Positions 21,068 through 32,460 of a stretch of 64,000 bases of DNA are shown here, in pieces. Made by a program: the position numbers and the translations under genes. The number at the start of each line of letters is the position of its first letter. The stretch's first letter is position 1. Source of the DNA: Andalucia godoyi And28. Its lineage: Eukaryota; Protista; Jakobida. The stretch is taken from positions 96,049 through 160,048 of the forward strand of contig VRVR01000045.1 in NCBI GenBank assembly GCA_009859145.1. Direction: 5' to 3'. A model generated the notes under the pieces. It worked only from the letters and a program-made list of their open reading frames with translations. It ran no database searches and had not been told where the DNA came from.

Positions 21068-21867
21068 CGCGGCGGCGTGGGTGTGCAGGTCGAGGCTCTA
21101 TGAGACACTGTCGAATATTGACAACCGATTCCTTGTAATCGATGGTGGGCGCTGATGCAGATTGTAAAAGTCACTTTACGCCAATAGCCTGTTTTTGAGA
21201 CGCGGCGGCATGCGAGACATTTTATCTTTTTTTTTTTTTCGGAGACGTTTCGGTTGGAGGGTAAACACTTGAGTGAATGAACCGACTCGGAGAGTTAGAG
21301 AGGTCAGAGGGCTTCGGCTATGTGGATATAGTACTTTTTTATCCAAGTATATCTTCATTTACGCCAAGTAATTTCGTTGGAAATTTTTGAACTCTCTTTT
21401 TCTGATCCGCATGCGAAGTACACTGCTCCGTAGTCCGTGCAAATCGGCACGCCACCAGAAACAACAGCGTTCTCAAGAGAAATGCTGCACCGAGCGCGCC
21501 ACTCCAGTTTCGGTCATCCTTGACGGACGGACGGATGGATACGCTGGACACCGAAGCAGCAACACCTTGCTCCCGCTCCGGTTTCTGGTCGACATTTCCT
21601 CCAAAGACCACACGACTTGGGCGTGCACTCCTTCCTGCTTTTTGCTCTGCAGTCTTTGCTGGAGTCGGCGGTAATTCCGGCCTCGGCATCAAGACCAGCG
21701 GAGAGCAGCCGAGAGCCCAGAATTCTGGGGCAGCCGACCGGACCCGTCGGGAAGTCGCAGCAGAGACCGTTGCTGACACCCACCAGGAGGCCAGAATAGC
21801 AGCAAACGGCTTCTTCTTTGCAGGTTCGACGGCGTCTGTCAATGACTCAATGACGATGATAGCGATA

Positions 21868-21971
<104 letters not shown>

Positions 21972-22919
21972 AGTGGCGCAAGAGAAAATTGTTCCAGCTT
22001 GAGGGTGGTGGATTGTGCGTTTGTCCCAGTCAGCAAAGCGCGCAGCGCGGGGCAAAGCGCCATCCTCAAAAAAGAAAGTTTGAGCGCTGCCGACGTTTCA
22101 ACTTGCCGGGAAGCTCCGAGGGTCTGCTCAGACGACGAAGTTTCCGATGGCTGCTTGCCGGTCCATAGATTGAGGGAGCCTTTTACGGAACTTCTGCGCT
22201 CGCACAAATATAAAAAAGATTCAAAAACACGGCTGGCACATCCGAAGTCCCGATGGCCGAACAGATTTGCCGGAAATCCACGGGGGCTTGGCGCACACTC
22301 GCGGTCTGGTAGGATGGCTGGACAAAGCTGATTTGGGTTGACGATCCATCAGAAGAGGCAGTGGCTGAAAAAGGAAATGTCACAGCAGGCATGCATGGCG
22401 GATCGGGATGCGTGTCGCCGGGGCCTTGACCGCTGACGTATTGCGAGCCGCATCTGCTCGCATTATGTCCGCATTTGGGCAAGCGCGTGCGGCCAGTTTC
22501 CTCTCGGGCGCAGTCCACCACGGTTTATCCCTCATGCAAGCACATGCGGCTCGTTTCCGTACATTCCGTCGAACATTCATCCGGCTTTCCCCTCCCAAAA
22601 CTCCGTCTTGCGCAACACCTTGTATCCTGCTGATTTGCGGTATTCCTGAGCGTCTTTCATTCGTTCCCCATTCGCGTCCTCCAGCTTCTTCTCAATTCTT
22701 CTCCGTCCTCCCCCTTTTGTTGCTTTTGCTTCTTCTTCTTCTTCTTCTTCTTCTTCTTCTTCTCTTTGTTTTGTGCCCTGCTTTCCCTTTTCTGTGTGTG
22801 CGTGCATCATTGTTCTTTTATTAATTACGTTTTTATCTCAAAAAACAAGAATCGCTTCCAGAGTGTCTTTTTGAGGCCCCCCCACCCTTGTCATATTGTT
22901 TTGTTTTTCGGCGGCAGGC

Positions 22920-25043
22920 ATGAATCATCGAGTTTCTGCGTTTTCTCGTCCATATCCGTCGAACGCGTCAGCCCATCCGGCTCCGTTTCCAGGGTCCTCG
23001 ACGGCGCCACGAGAGTTTCACGGCCACCCGCCTTCCCAGTTCCAGCATTCGCATGCGCCGCCTGTGCTTGGATACCCCATGCGCCCGCCGACGCTCCTCG
23101 GCGATACCCGCGTGCCTCCACACCATCAGCAATACTATTCGCAGCAGCTTTCATCGCAGCCTTGCTGCCCTTCCTTCCAGTACCAACCACATCCGCCGCC
23201 TCAGCATCTCCTGTACGACAGCCCACCTGCTCCCCAACAGCCTTACTCTCCCCAGCACCATCATCCCCAATACTACAGCTATCAAGCACCTCCCCCGCCT
23301 CACCACCAGCAGGTCCAGCCGCCCCAACAGCACTATCCATATCCAACGTACCCCGCCGTGTACCATCCGCTTCGCAGGCCGTACGCGGGTTTCGAAAGCG
23401 AGAAGTATTCCTACTCTCAACACCCCCATCAATCTCAGCACGCGCCTCCATCCCAGCACGCTTCGTCACCAAGGAAGAGAAGACCTCGCGCATCGTCAGC
23501 AGATGGCTTTATTGCGCTTCCCACAAATCTTGTTTCCCATTTTTCTCCAAACACTTCATTATCGTTATCCTCCTCCTCCTCCTCCTCCTCTTCTTCTTCT
23601 TCTTCCTCCTCCTCCTCTTGTTCGTCTTCATCTTCTTGTTCGTCATGCTCGTACTCGACATGCTCGTCGAACTCCTCAAGTGGTGCCATATCAGCGACAA
23701 CGACGGCGCACTGCGCTCCTTCCGCATCATCTTCCATCAGTTCGCTCCATGGAACTCAAAAATTCATTTCTGCTGTGCCTTCGATTTCGGCGTCCATCAG
23801 CCATTCGTTCTATGCACCCGGAGCACGGCTCGTGGGCTCAAAGAGAGACCGCGAGGGCTCGATTTCATCGCTAAATTCTGGATCATCGTCAAGAAGGGCG
23901 TTTGGCACTGCAGGCGACGATGAGGATCAGGGCGCAGAAGAGAACGACCGCCGTCCACGAAATGACGATGATGACCGCGATGGTGACGATGACGAGGATG
24001 GTATCGAGGGTGATGATGATAAGAGATCCTTTCGAATTGTGCATGAGGTTCCGAGTGGATCCGAGACCAGAGATCGAAGAGATTTTACGATGTGGATTGG
24101 AGAGGAGCCGCCCTTGTGGCTTGCGGTTTGCATCTCCGCACATGCGCATTGCACAGCTTTGCTTCGTTCTCTGCAGGACCTACCAGAAGAGGATTTGAAG
24201 GGGAAAGGGTTTGATCGAGTGAAAAAGGCCGCGGTGCAAACTGTGCCCTTTCCTCTCGCTGATGCCTTGCTCTCGCTCTTTGCTACTGAGATTGCAGATC
24301 CTTCTTCCTCCTCTCCTCCTCCTCCGTCTTTGTCGTCTTCTACTTCGCCTGCTGCTCCTTCTGCTGGAAGAGTGATTGATTCCTATCTGGATCGAGAGGC
24401 GCAGCAACTGGTCTCGCAGATCAGAGCACTCGTTGTTGCTTCTTCCAAGTGGTCTGCGAATGAACAGGACGCGAAAGACAGGAACGAAGACGAGGAGAAA
24501 AAAGAGTGGAGCAAACGGAACAGCATGGTAGAGAGTGCAGATCCGTGCAAGAAACCGGGCTTCGCCTCGTGGACAATTATGTCTCCAGAATTGCGAAGAT
24601 CGTTGGTGCAAGTGGACTTGGTTGTGGAATTTGGAGTGTCGTCTTCTGTGATCGATGCGTCACTGTTCAGATTCCGCGTGTTTCGTCGCAAGATTCTGTC
24701 CCGAATCGCACCACACGAACTTGAAAAGAGAATGGACGGGGTGTTCGCAAGTGCAGTGGTGGATGCGCTGTCGGAGTGCAGCGGCATGGCCGCGGTTGCC
24801 TCCAAAGATTCCAGTCTTCTTAAGAACGAGGGACTCCTGTGCAGACCGTTGCTTCATCGCTTGCCAAGAAGGATGTCAAGGAGGGAATTTGCTTATCGGT
24901 TGCTGCTGCTCCAGCAGTACCATGCTCGGTTGCTCGACGTTTCACTGCCGTTCTGGAAGTCTGTGCGCATCGCGAGACTCGCTGCAGTATCCACAGTCTC
25001 CGCCGCACCGCTTCTATCTGATATTTTGGGTCTTTCTACATAG
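22920..25043 (+). CDS. Pro/Gln/His/Ser-rich protein with the unrecognised C-terminal basic domain shared with 1594-3138
   Basis: First ATG at 22920. PQH-rich N-terminus, basic PRKRRPR, poly-S, acidic tract, then LVVEFG...FRFRVFRR...RLPRRMSRREFAYR...WK. Confidence 0.8.
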   Translation: MNHRVSAFSRPYPSNASAHPAPFPGSSTAPREFHGHPPSQFQHSHAPPVLGYPMRPPTLLGDTRVPPHHQQYYSQQLSSQPCCPSFQYQPHPPPQHLLYDSPPAPQQPYSPQHHHPQYYSYQAPPPPHHQQVQPPQQHYPYPTYPAVYHPLRRPYAGFESEKYSYSQHPHQSQHAPPSQHASSPRKRRPRASSADGFIALPTNLVSHFSPNTSLSLSSSSSSSSSSSSSSSSSCSSSSSCSSCSYSTCSSNSSSGAISATTTAHCAPSASSSISSLHGTQKFISAVPSISASISHSFYAPGARLVGSKRDREGSISSLNSGSSSRRAFGTAGDDEDQGAEENDRRPRNDDDDRDGDDDEDGIEGDDDKRSFRIVHEVPSGSETRDRRDFTMWIGEEPPLWLAVCISAHAHCTALLRSLQDLPEEDLKGKGFDRVKKAAVQTVPFPLADALLSLFATEIADPSSSSPPPPSLSSSTSPAAPSAGRVIDSYLDREAQQLVSQIRALVVASSKWSANEQDAKDRNEDEEKKEWSKRNSMVESADPCKKPGFASWTIMSPELRRSLVQVDLVVEFGVSSSVIDASLFRFRVFRRKILSRIAPHELEKRMDGVFASAVVDALSECSGMAAVASKDSSLLKNEGLLCRPLLHRLPRRMSRREFAYRLLLLQQYHARLLDVSLPFWKSVRIARLAAVSTVSAAPLLSDILGLST

Positions 25044-25353
25044 AGCACGTCCCGTACCTTTCTGCGCACGTACTCGAGTGGAAAATCCCTGTCTCACCAT
25101 AGGCACAATCGTAACTGCATTTATTCATCTAAATTCAAGGGTTTAATCCGTCTTTTCTGAATTTCGTTCCATTTCTTGTTTGTATGTTTGTAATTTCGTG
25201 TTATCAGCGCAATTGGATTATTATCATCGTTTAGAATTGCTTCTCCGCATCATGTCATATAAAACTATTTGGCTTTCGTCTTTCTAACAAACCCCATGTT
25301 CTCACAGTGTGTACAAGCATCGTTTGGAAATGTGTTCCCATTTCTTTTGTTGC

Positions 25354-27180
25354 TCAATGCAATCCCGGGCCGACCCATCCACGGGCTACATCGTGTTCCC
25401 AAAGCTTGGCTCCCGCGCGTCCAACTGCATCGGCAACAAAGGCAGCATCTTCGCTTGGAATCTTGGACTGTAAGTAGGAAGTCCGTCGAATAATCTGCAC
25501 AATATCTTTGGAAGATGCCGTCGCAAGCCTCTGGGTAATCTGTTGCTCTTTCCTCCTCCGGATCTTCCGTCTCCTGTCTCGTTGTTCACCGTCAACATCG
25601 TCATCACCATCATCATCATCGTCGTCGTCATCATCGTCAAGAGCAGCAGTAACCCGTGGCGGCGACCTCTTTGAAGTCGGTGTGCCTTTTCCTGTTTTCT
25701 GCGCGCCGGAATGACCATTGCCAGACTTTGAATGGGAAGACGTTGATGCCGACGTTGACGTTGAAGCATAGATCGAGGTAGAGGTTGGCAGCAGCAGCAT
25801 GCAATCGGCTACATGCTCCTCTGCATGTTCGCCGGGTTGGAGAAGCACTCCGCAGAAAGGGCAATCGACCATTCCACGCCGTCTGCTTCGGCTTTGCTGG
25901 CCCTGGCTCTGCACAACAGTCGGCGAAGAGTGTGACGAGATGTCAGCAGTACGCTTGGAGCTTGGAGTCCTCCTCTTCCTGTTCGACCTATCTGTCACAG
26001 CGGACTCCACGACCACCGCACTGTCATCCGGACACGGTGCAAAGTCTGCGGGGGACACCTTCGCCTTGCATGGCGATGCAGACTGCAACGAGACATGTTG
26101 CTGCAGCTGAAACGAAAACGCGAATACATCTGCGTCGCCTTCGAACGCGATGTCGTCATCACGCCCATGTCCAGGATCAATCTCATCTGCCGGATCAATC
26201 TCCATTTCCTGTTCCCTCATCTTGCGTTCCTGCTCTTCCAACAGCGAAAGAAACAAGCAATCGTCAGCCTGGAGCAAATTCCTTCTCTGCACCGAGTGGC
26301 TCTCCACGAAATCCCGTGCACGCAGCGGCCGCATTAGGGCATTTAAGTCCACCGTTCCATCCGCATTCCTCTTGACAGCCGCACCACCATTGCCGACGCT
26401 GCTGTTCCTACTGCCGTGCACAGAATTGCCAAGCGCATGATCCAACGCATTGGATACATCCATGTAAGCATGCGCATGAGAATTGCCATTGCCATTGCCG
26501 CTGAACGTGGATGTGGATGTGGATGTGAAAGTGGAAGTGGAAGAGGATGACGATCCCAAGTGCTCGAGCCTCGTCTGCTTCCACGCATCATTTCGCGGAG
26601 CAGACCCAGCCGGAAGCACTACAATCGCAGCAATCTCCGCTTGCTTGGGGAAGAACGCAGAAATATTCGAACGCACAGTTGCGGCTTTCCTTTCTTTTCC
26701 TTGCGATTTGTCCACTGGCGCAACCGTTTTCGGCACCGTCTTGGAAGAAGCCTCTCGCTGCACATGCCGCTGACGCTCCGTGCTCGTGTTCGTTGTCGCT
26801 GTCGGCGCCGCCACCGCCTCCTTCCCCTTCCTCTTCTGCTTCGTCTTTGGTGCATGTTGTTTGGACGACTTGAAGAACCCGTCGTCATCACTCCCAATGC
26901 CGCTACCATGACTATGCTGCTGGAGATCAACATCGCTGACATCCGAGTGCGTCTCAATGTCGTCGTCGTATTCAAAGTCATCGGCTCCATTCGCAAGCCG
27001 CGCAAAACGATCGTACTTGTCATTCACGCGACTCTTCCTTTTTTGATGTGGAGTTGGCGAGGAAGGAGATTGGTTCGTTCGGCGACTCACCGGAGTTGCA
27101 AGTCGAGCCTGCTTAGGAGAAGACCGCGCAGAACAATCCGACTCCACAGCTTCATCAGAATCAATCACTCTCTTCCGCAT
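25354..27180 (-). CDS. Low-complexity hypothetical protein with a UBZ-like zinc finger
   Basis: 608-aa ORF from ATG 27180; CPFCGVLLQPGEHAEEHVADC (C2HC); acidic and basic tracts. Confidence 0.7.
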   Translation of the reverse strand: MRKRVIDSDEAVESDCSARSSPKQARLATPVSRRTNQSPSSPTPHQKRKSRVNDKYDRFARLANGADDFEYDDDIETHSDVSDVDLQQHSHGSGIGSDDDGFFKSSKQHAPKTKQKRKGKEAVAAPTATTNTSTERQRHVQREASSKTVPKTVAPVDKSQGKERKAATVRSNISAFFPKQAEIAAIVVLPAGSAPRNDAWKQTRLEHLGSSSSSTSTFTSTSTSTFSGNGNGNSHAHAYMDVSNALDHALGNSVHGSRNSSVGNGGAAVKRNADGTVDLNALMRPLRARDFVESHSVQRRNLLQADDCLFLSLLEEQERKMREQEMEIDPADEIDPGHGRDDDIAFEGDADVFAFSFQLQQHVSLQSASPCKAKVSPADFAPCPDDSAVVVESAVTDRSNRKRRTPSSKRTADISSHSSPTVVQSQGQQSRSRRRGMVDCPFCGVLLQPGEHAEEHVADCMLLLPTSTSIYASTSTSASTSSHSKSGNGHSGAQKTGKGTPTSKRSPPRVTAALDDDDDDDDDDGDDDVDGEQRDRRRKIRRRKEQQITQRLATASSKDIVQIIRRTSYLQSKIPSEDAAFVADAVGRAGAKLWEHDVARGWVGPGLH

Positions 27181-27357
27181 TTCTCTCCTCCTCCACCACC
27201 GGGGAATGCTCTCGGAATTACAATTAAAATAATAATAACAGTAAACAAATAATATCGCACACGTGCAGCCCGGGGAAGGGAAACAAGGAGAAGAGGGGGA
27301 AGGGGAGAGAGATGAGTATGCATGAAAGCAAATCTCACGGCAGCGTAGCTCTTGTAA

Positions 27358-27455
27358 GACACGATGGCCGAGCGGTTAAGGCGTTCGACTAGAATTCATT
27401 TCAACTAGATCATCGATTGGGATTTCCCGCGCAGGTTCGAATCCTGTTCGTGTCG
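27358..27455 (+). tRNA. tRNA-Ser(AGA) with a 17-nt canonical intron (27395-27411)
   Basis: Acceptor stem GACACGA/TCGTGTC, D-arm GGCCGAGCGGTTAAGGC, anticodon AGA at 27391-27393, variable arm GGG/CCC, GGTTCGAATCC T-loop, downstream T-run. Confidence 0.95.
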
Positions 27456-27687
27456 CTTAATTTTTTTAATTTTTTAATTTAAATTTGGAAAATAACATTC
27501 TTGAATCTATTATTATTACAAAGTAATTTTCTGTTTCTGTGGTGCGTGATGGAAAAACCTTTGGCAACGTAGTGAAAACATAAACAAAGCAAGAGGTACT
27601 TTTTTTTTAATAAAGGTTTTTTTAAAAATATATTCATCATGATTTGATGCCGAGTTTTCATTTTCTATGCATTTTGAGGCGTGTTCT

Positions 27688-29943
27688 TTAGTTGGCCAAA
27701 AAGATGGTTGCAAAGACCATTGCCGACGCAACGCTGATCATGTGCATCGGTGATCCCGAGTTGGCGCCTGGGACGTCCTGTGGCTGGCTCGGCTGCGGGT
27801 CTGTGTCAGCAGGAGGAGCAGCGCTGGCAGTGACGAGCGTGTCTTCTGCGGCCGGCTCATCGAGGATGTTTCCGTTCTTGAGAGTGGAAAAGGAGGCTGT
27901 GAGCGCATAGTAGGCATCGTTGGGAACACGGAATGTGGAGGAGGATGGCGCAGTGATGGTGACCACACATTCCACTCCTCCATTGATCGGGCTTGCCAGG
28001 GGCAGCAGAATGTCAAAGTCGCAAGGGATATATGTGTTGGTGACGGCAGGGACAGCATGCGAAGCTGGGCCGTATGTTGTGCATCCGCTGACCTGGAATT
28101 GCAGTGCACTGCCAACAAACGCCCCGAGTCCTCGAGGAAGAGTGATGCTGATCTGGGGATTTTCGGTCGAGAGAATGGTGTTGAAAGGAGTTCCTTTCAG
28201 CACGAGAGACTTGAGTGGCTGTCCGGCAACACTGGGGTCGACGACGGTGGAGAATCCTCGAAGCGTGTGGATTGGAACAGAGAACATGGCGTAGTTGATC
28301 GCATCTGCCTGAATGGACGTCTGCGTTGCATCCGTTGTCGAAGCCAAGACCACCTGGACTTGCCCCGAGCCTGCATAAAAGGTCGCTGCGAGCGTGGTCG
28401 ACTGCGGCTGGACTTGAACGGTGCAGGTGGCGTCGGTGAGGATGAACGCAGAGTTGGCAGGAAGCCAGATGGTGCACTTTCCTTCCGTGCAGACGGAGTT
28501 TGCACGGATGTTTTGGAGAGTTGCGCCGCATCCAGAGACATCCATACGCCAGTCATTCTGGGTCTGTCCATTTGCGATTCCGACAAAGGTAATGCCGGTC
28601 AGCTGCACCTGCAGCACAGAGGCGGCCGCAGGGAAGTTGCGGGGGCGCCCAGAGATTGTGATGCTCTGCACAGGACCGCGGGGAACGACGTTGTTCGGAG
28701 TGAACGAAGCGGAAAAGTCCTTCCACTGGCTCGGGGTCACCGGATGGTACATTCCAACATACAGGGGAACCGCGGGATTGGAATCGTGGGTGTGGTCCCA
28801 GCGGGAGACACCGTGATCGTGCATGATGTAGACGTTCACTTGAATGTCGGTTGCCGAGGGCAGAACAAGCTGTCCGGAGCCGGCGATCTTGGAGACCGTG
28901 ACAGTGCACCAGCCTTGGCCGATCAGGGTGTCGCCAACCTTTCCGTAGCCGAAGCGCGCACTCGTCGCATGGAACACCTTGCCGGCCGGCGATTCAACGC
29001 AGCCCGTAACAGAGATTCCGTAGGTGGAGCCGGCAGTGTAGACGTCAGTGTTGAATTCAAAGTCGAAGCGATTCTGCGACGGAAGCACTTTGTAGTGGAA
29101 GGGATTGACGCTGTCGGGATAGCTGGGAAGATCTCCTTCTCCGTGCGTGGGGTCGTAGCCGGGATCGCCGGGCTTGCGGGCCTGGTGGCTTTCGTCGAGA
29201 TCGTTGAATGGCGGCTCGATAACGTTGTAGTCCATGTGCGGATCGCGAATGGGAAGGTAGAATTTGAACTGGAGAGCGTCGAACGAGCCCGATCCCTCCG
29301 AAACGACAGTTCCGCGAATTCCAGACACCGTCACGTTCTGAACGTGGTTGAGCACCCGCATCAGCGCATGCTTTCCGTTTCCGTTGTACGACTGCATGAC
29401 GGGCTGCGCATTCGAGTTCATCACGGTGATTGCGAACGTGTCATACCAGTTTCCCTGCGGGTTGAGCACCGAGCCGTACGTCAAGCGAGGCAGGCGCAGA
29501 TCCAAGGGAAACTCCGTGGGCTGCAGCTTCTTGAGCGTGACATTGCACGGCTTGTCCAGCTGGATGGTTCCGGAGAACTGACCCGCGCGGGACTGTGCAT
29601 ATCCCAAGTCTCGGTTGGCAGTGGCGAGCGTGTCAACCCCATTGATGCAGCCGGATACCTCCATGTGAAGGCCACGCTGGGGGGTGTACGGCTCGAAGAA
29701 GTTGCCATTGGGGACGGAAATGCGGAAGATGGGGTTTGTCACAGCAACAAGAGGCGTGAACGAGACTGTCAGCGAATCTAGAGTGTCGTGGATCCTGGCT
29801 TGCTCAGGCCATACTTTCTGGCCGCACATCGGCTCCTGTGCATTCACGGTGCCTGACGCGCACAAGAGAACGCATCCAAGCGCAATGAGAAGCCGTTTCA
29901 CCAGAGCGCCGCTCGTTGCTGGGCGTGACGGTGCTCTTTTCAT
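27688..29943 (-). CDS. Predicted GPI-anchored surface protein with four internal beta-rich repeats
   Basis: ATG 29943 with a signal peptide (LLIALGCVLLCASGTVNA); four V[ST]GC...C[NTV]V units; Pro/Asp/Thr linker and hydrophobic C-terminus ending SAMVFATIFLAN*. Confidence 0.8.
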   Translation of the reverse strand: MKRAPSRPATSGALVKRLLIALGCVLLCASGTVNAQEPMCGQKVWPEQARIHDTLDSLTVSFTPLVAVTNPIFRISVPNGNFFEPYTPQRGLHMEVSGCINGVDTLATANRDLGYAQSRAGQFSGTIQLDKPCNVTLKKLQPTEFPLDLRLPRLTYGSVLNPQGNWYDTFAITVMNSNAQPVMQSYNGNGKHALMRVLNHVQNVTVSGIRGTVVSEGSGSFDALQFKFYLPIRDPHMDYNVIEPPFNDLDESHQARKPGDPGYDPTHGEGDLPSYPDSVNPFHYKVLPSQNRFDFEFNTDVYTAGSTYGISVTGCVESPAGKVFHATSARFGYGKVGDTLIGQGWCTVTVSKIAGSGQLVLPSATDIQVNVYIMHDHGVSRWDHTHDSNPAVPLYVGMYHPVTPSQWKDFSASFTPNNVVPRGPVQSITISGRPRNFPAAASVLQVQLTGITFVGIANGQTQNDWRMDVSGCGATLQNIRANSVCTEGKCTIWLPANSAFILTDATCTVQVQPQSTTLAATFYAGSGQVQVVLASTTDATQTSIQADAINYAMFSVPIHTLRGFSTVVDPSVAGQPLKSLVLKGTPFNTILSTENPQISITLPRGLGAFVGSALQFQVSGCTTYGPASHAVPAVTNTYIPCDFDILLPLASPINGGVECVVTITAPSSSTFRVPNDAYYALTASFSTLKNGNILDEPAAEDTLVTASAAPPADTDPQPSQPQDVPGANSGSPMHMISVASAMVFATIFLAN

Positions 29944-30730
29944 TTCGGCCACCGTAGAGCAGGTCCAGAGCAAGAAAGAAGGAGTGGATAAGAACAGAAA
30001 TTTAACGATTCGAGTAGATTCAACAACGAGTTCAAGATTGAACGGTGCAGTGTTTTTTCTTTGTTTGTATGGAACGAAAGAAGGAAAAAAGAAAGAGAGT
30101 GAGAGTGAGTGAGAGAGAGAGAGAGAGAAAAAAGAAGTGGAGAATGCTGTGTGTGGCGACATAATATATGCTTTGCTGCAATGTATTTTTGCCAGCGGGG
30201 GACGATGGTCTAATCGGACAAGTAGAGTTCCTTTCTGGTGTGCAGTGATTGTCGATTTACTGAATGTCTATATTTCCGTCCAGTCGCAAGCAAGTGTCTT
30301 TCGAGTCTGTTGCAGCGTCGCGCCCCCCCCAAGGGAGAAAATACAACTTGCCGCAGTGCGTCCTCGTGTAAGCGGCCAATTCCCTTTTATGTAAATCTGC
30401 CCGCACAATTCTGCCCATCCATTTCCTTTTTCGGTATCCGACACTTTCCTCTACTTGTGCCCGACTGTCCGTCAACTCGACACGAACAGACCCGATCAAC
30501 ACGACCATCTGGAAATCACCCACTTGCCATGCTCCTCAATCGATTCAGTTTCATCTTCCTTCACGATCTCTTTTTAATGCTCATCGATTCTGCTTTTCGT
30601 CTCTCTTCCTCTTTCTTTTTCTTTTCCATTTCTTTTCCATTTCCATTTTCATTTTCTGTTTTTTTCATTCTTCAATTCTTCAGTTTCGTAATTTCCCCTT
30701 TCCTTCCCATATTTCATATAAAGCGAGAGA

Positions 30731-31831
30731 ATGTTTGACAAGCTTGACAAGTCGCTGCGAGACCGGTTTTTGAGTCTGCCTCCTGATCCCGAGTACTATC
30801 AAGCCGAGTATGTCTGGGTTGGTGGTTCTGGGCGTGACATCCGGTCCAAGTCGCGGACTCTTCCTGTGTCGTTGCCGCAGCGTCCCGAGTGTCTGCCAAT
30901 CTGGAACTTTGATGGGTCGTCGACGGGCCAGGCGCCCGGATCGGACTCGGAGGTGCTGCTGAAGCCTCAGGCGGTGTACAAAGATCCGTTCCGCCCAATT
31001 CCTACTGGGGATGGATACACGGGGCTTCCGAACATCATTGTCATTTGCGACTGCTACAAGCCGGACATGACGCCTGTTCCTGGAAACACGCGGGTGTTTG
31101 CAGAGCGCGTGTTTTCGCAGAAGAAGGAGCTTATTCCGTGGTTTGGAATGGAGCAGGAGTACGTCATGTTCAGTGCGAGTGAGAACTGGCCTCTTGGATG
31201 GCCGCGAGGAGGGTATCCGGGCGAGCAGGGTCCGTACTACTGCTCGGTCGGTGCAGAGGTGTCGTTTGGGCGCGAGCTTGTGGAGGCGCATTATCGCGCG
31301 TGCTTGTATGCTGGAATCCGCATTTCGGGAGTCAATGCAGAGGTCATGCCGGGCCAGTGGGAGTTCCAGGTCGGGCCATGCGAAGGAATCTCGGTTGGCG
31401 ACCAGCTGTTGTGTGCGCGATACATCCTTGCTCGCATCGGCGAAGACTTTGGGGTCCGCATTTCGTATGATCCCAAGCCGATTCCCGGCGACTGGAACGG
31501 CTCGGGCTGCCACACCAACTTCTCCACACTCCCTATGCGCGAAGACGGTGGCTGGAAGCTCATTGCTGAGGCCTGCGACAAGCTTGGTGCCCGCCATTCC
31601 GAGCACATTATTGCATACGGCGAAGGAAACGAACGGCGGCTGACCGGCCACCATGAAACAGCTCCCATGGACAAGTTCACCTGGGGCGTTGCCAACCGTG
31701 GGGCGTCGATCCGCGTCCCAAGAGACACTCATCGCCTGCAGAAGGGCTACTTGGAAGACAGACGACCGGCCTCCAACTGCGACCCGTATCTCGTTCCCGC
31801 CCTCATCTACGAGACCACTTGCCTCCTCTAA
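30731..31831 (+). CDS. Glutamine synthetase, type II
   Basis: [77 protein letters not shown]. Confidence 0.97.
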   Translation: MFDKLDKSLRDRFLSLPPDPEYYQAEYVWVGGSGRDIRSKSRTLPVSLPQRPECLPIWNFDGSSTGQAPGSDSEVLLKPQAVYKDPFRPIPTGDGYTGLPNIIVICDCYKPDMTPVPGNTRVFAERVFSQKKELIPWFGMEQEYVMFSASENWPLGWPRGGYPGEQGPYYCSVGAEVSFGRELVEAHYRACLYAGIRISGVNAEVMPGQWEFQVGPCEGISVGDQLLCARYILARIGEDFGVRISYDPKPIPGDWNGSGCHTNFSTLPMREDGGWKLIAEACDKLGARHSEHIIAYGEGNERRLTGHHETAPMDKFTWGVANRGASIRVPRDTHRLQKGYLEDRRPASNCDPYLVPALIYETTCLL

Positions 31832-32460
31832 CTTTATCAGTTTCGTGCTGTCAACTGTAGAAGTAAAACACAAGAAATAAAAAATGGTTCACCATTGTCC
31901 ATCAATTGACACTAGACCTTTTCTTTTTTGGGCTGCGTTTCGCTGGAGCTTTTTCGCCTTTTCTGGGCTTTCTCATTTTTTCCTGTTTCGTTCGGTTTCC
32001 CTTTTGTTTTTCTTTGGTTTTCCCCTTTCTCTTTTTCTTTTTTTCCTTTCTCTTCTCAAGGCAAATGATGGTAAATAAATTATAAGCTCAACAGGACTGA
32101 CAAACAACATCCTTGATGACAACATCTTCCCTGATGCCTTTCCCAGCTTCCTTTTTACGTTCTTGTCCAAACTTCAATCCGTCTTTCATTGTTATGATTA
32201 TCATTATTAATACTCCTTTAAACACCACGATGTTACACTATACTTTTACGACAGACGTTAAAAAAACAACAACAGAAAACGACAGCGACCACATCCAGCA
32301 GAAAACAAATAAAACCATGCTGCAAGACGCAGGCTCTGTAATATGCATGGAGGGAAATGTAATACTGGTATCTGCATACGATGCAGTACTCGCACGTCGA
32401 TGCTGGTGACCACATTGCAGGACGCGAGAAGGAAAGACGCCGGCCGCCGGCCGCGGGGTG

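Noticed and set aside
20743-21174. PolyQ plus apparent TM helix as the N-terminus of the glutaminase (1398-aa ORF call)
   Set aside because: The frame starts at GTG with no ATG until 20742. The 'TM' is AT-rich UTR-like sequence and the polyQ is a (CAA)n microsatellite. It would need transcript evidence.
25302-25366. A further +1 frameshift extending ORF 25354 by about 20 aa (DCIEQQKKWEHISKRCLYTL)
   Set aside because: No homology evidence to prefer this ending; the existing stop is adequate.
28057-29781. 574-aa plus-strand ORF
   Set aside because: Antisense shadow of the codon-biased surface protein; no protein-like features.
30680-31873. 397-aa minus-strand ORF
   Set aside because: Antisense shadow of glutamine synthetase. 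The same applies to 22766-23923, 51963-52787, 55487-56392 and 62721-63620.
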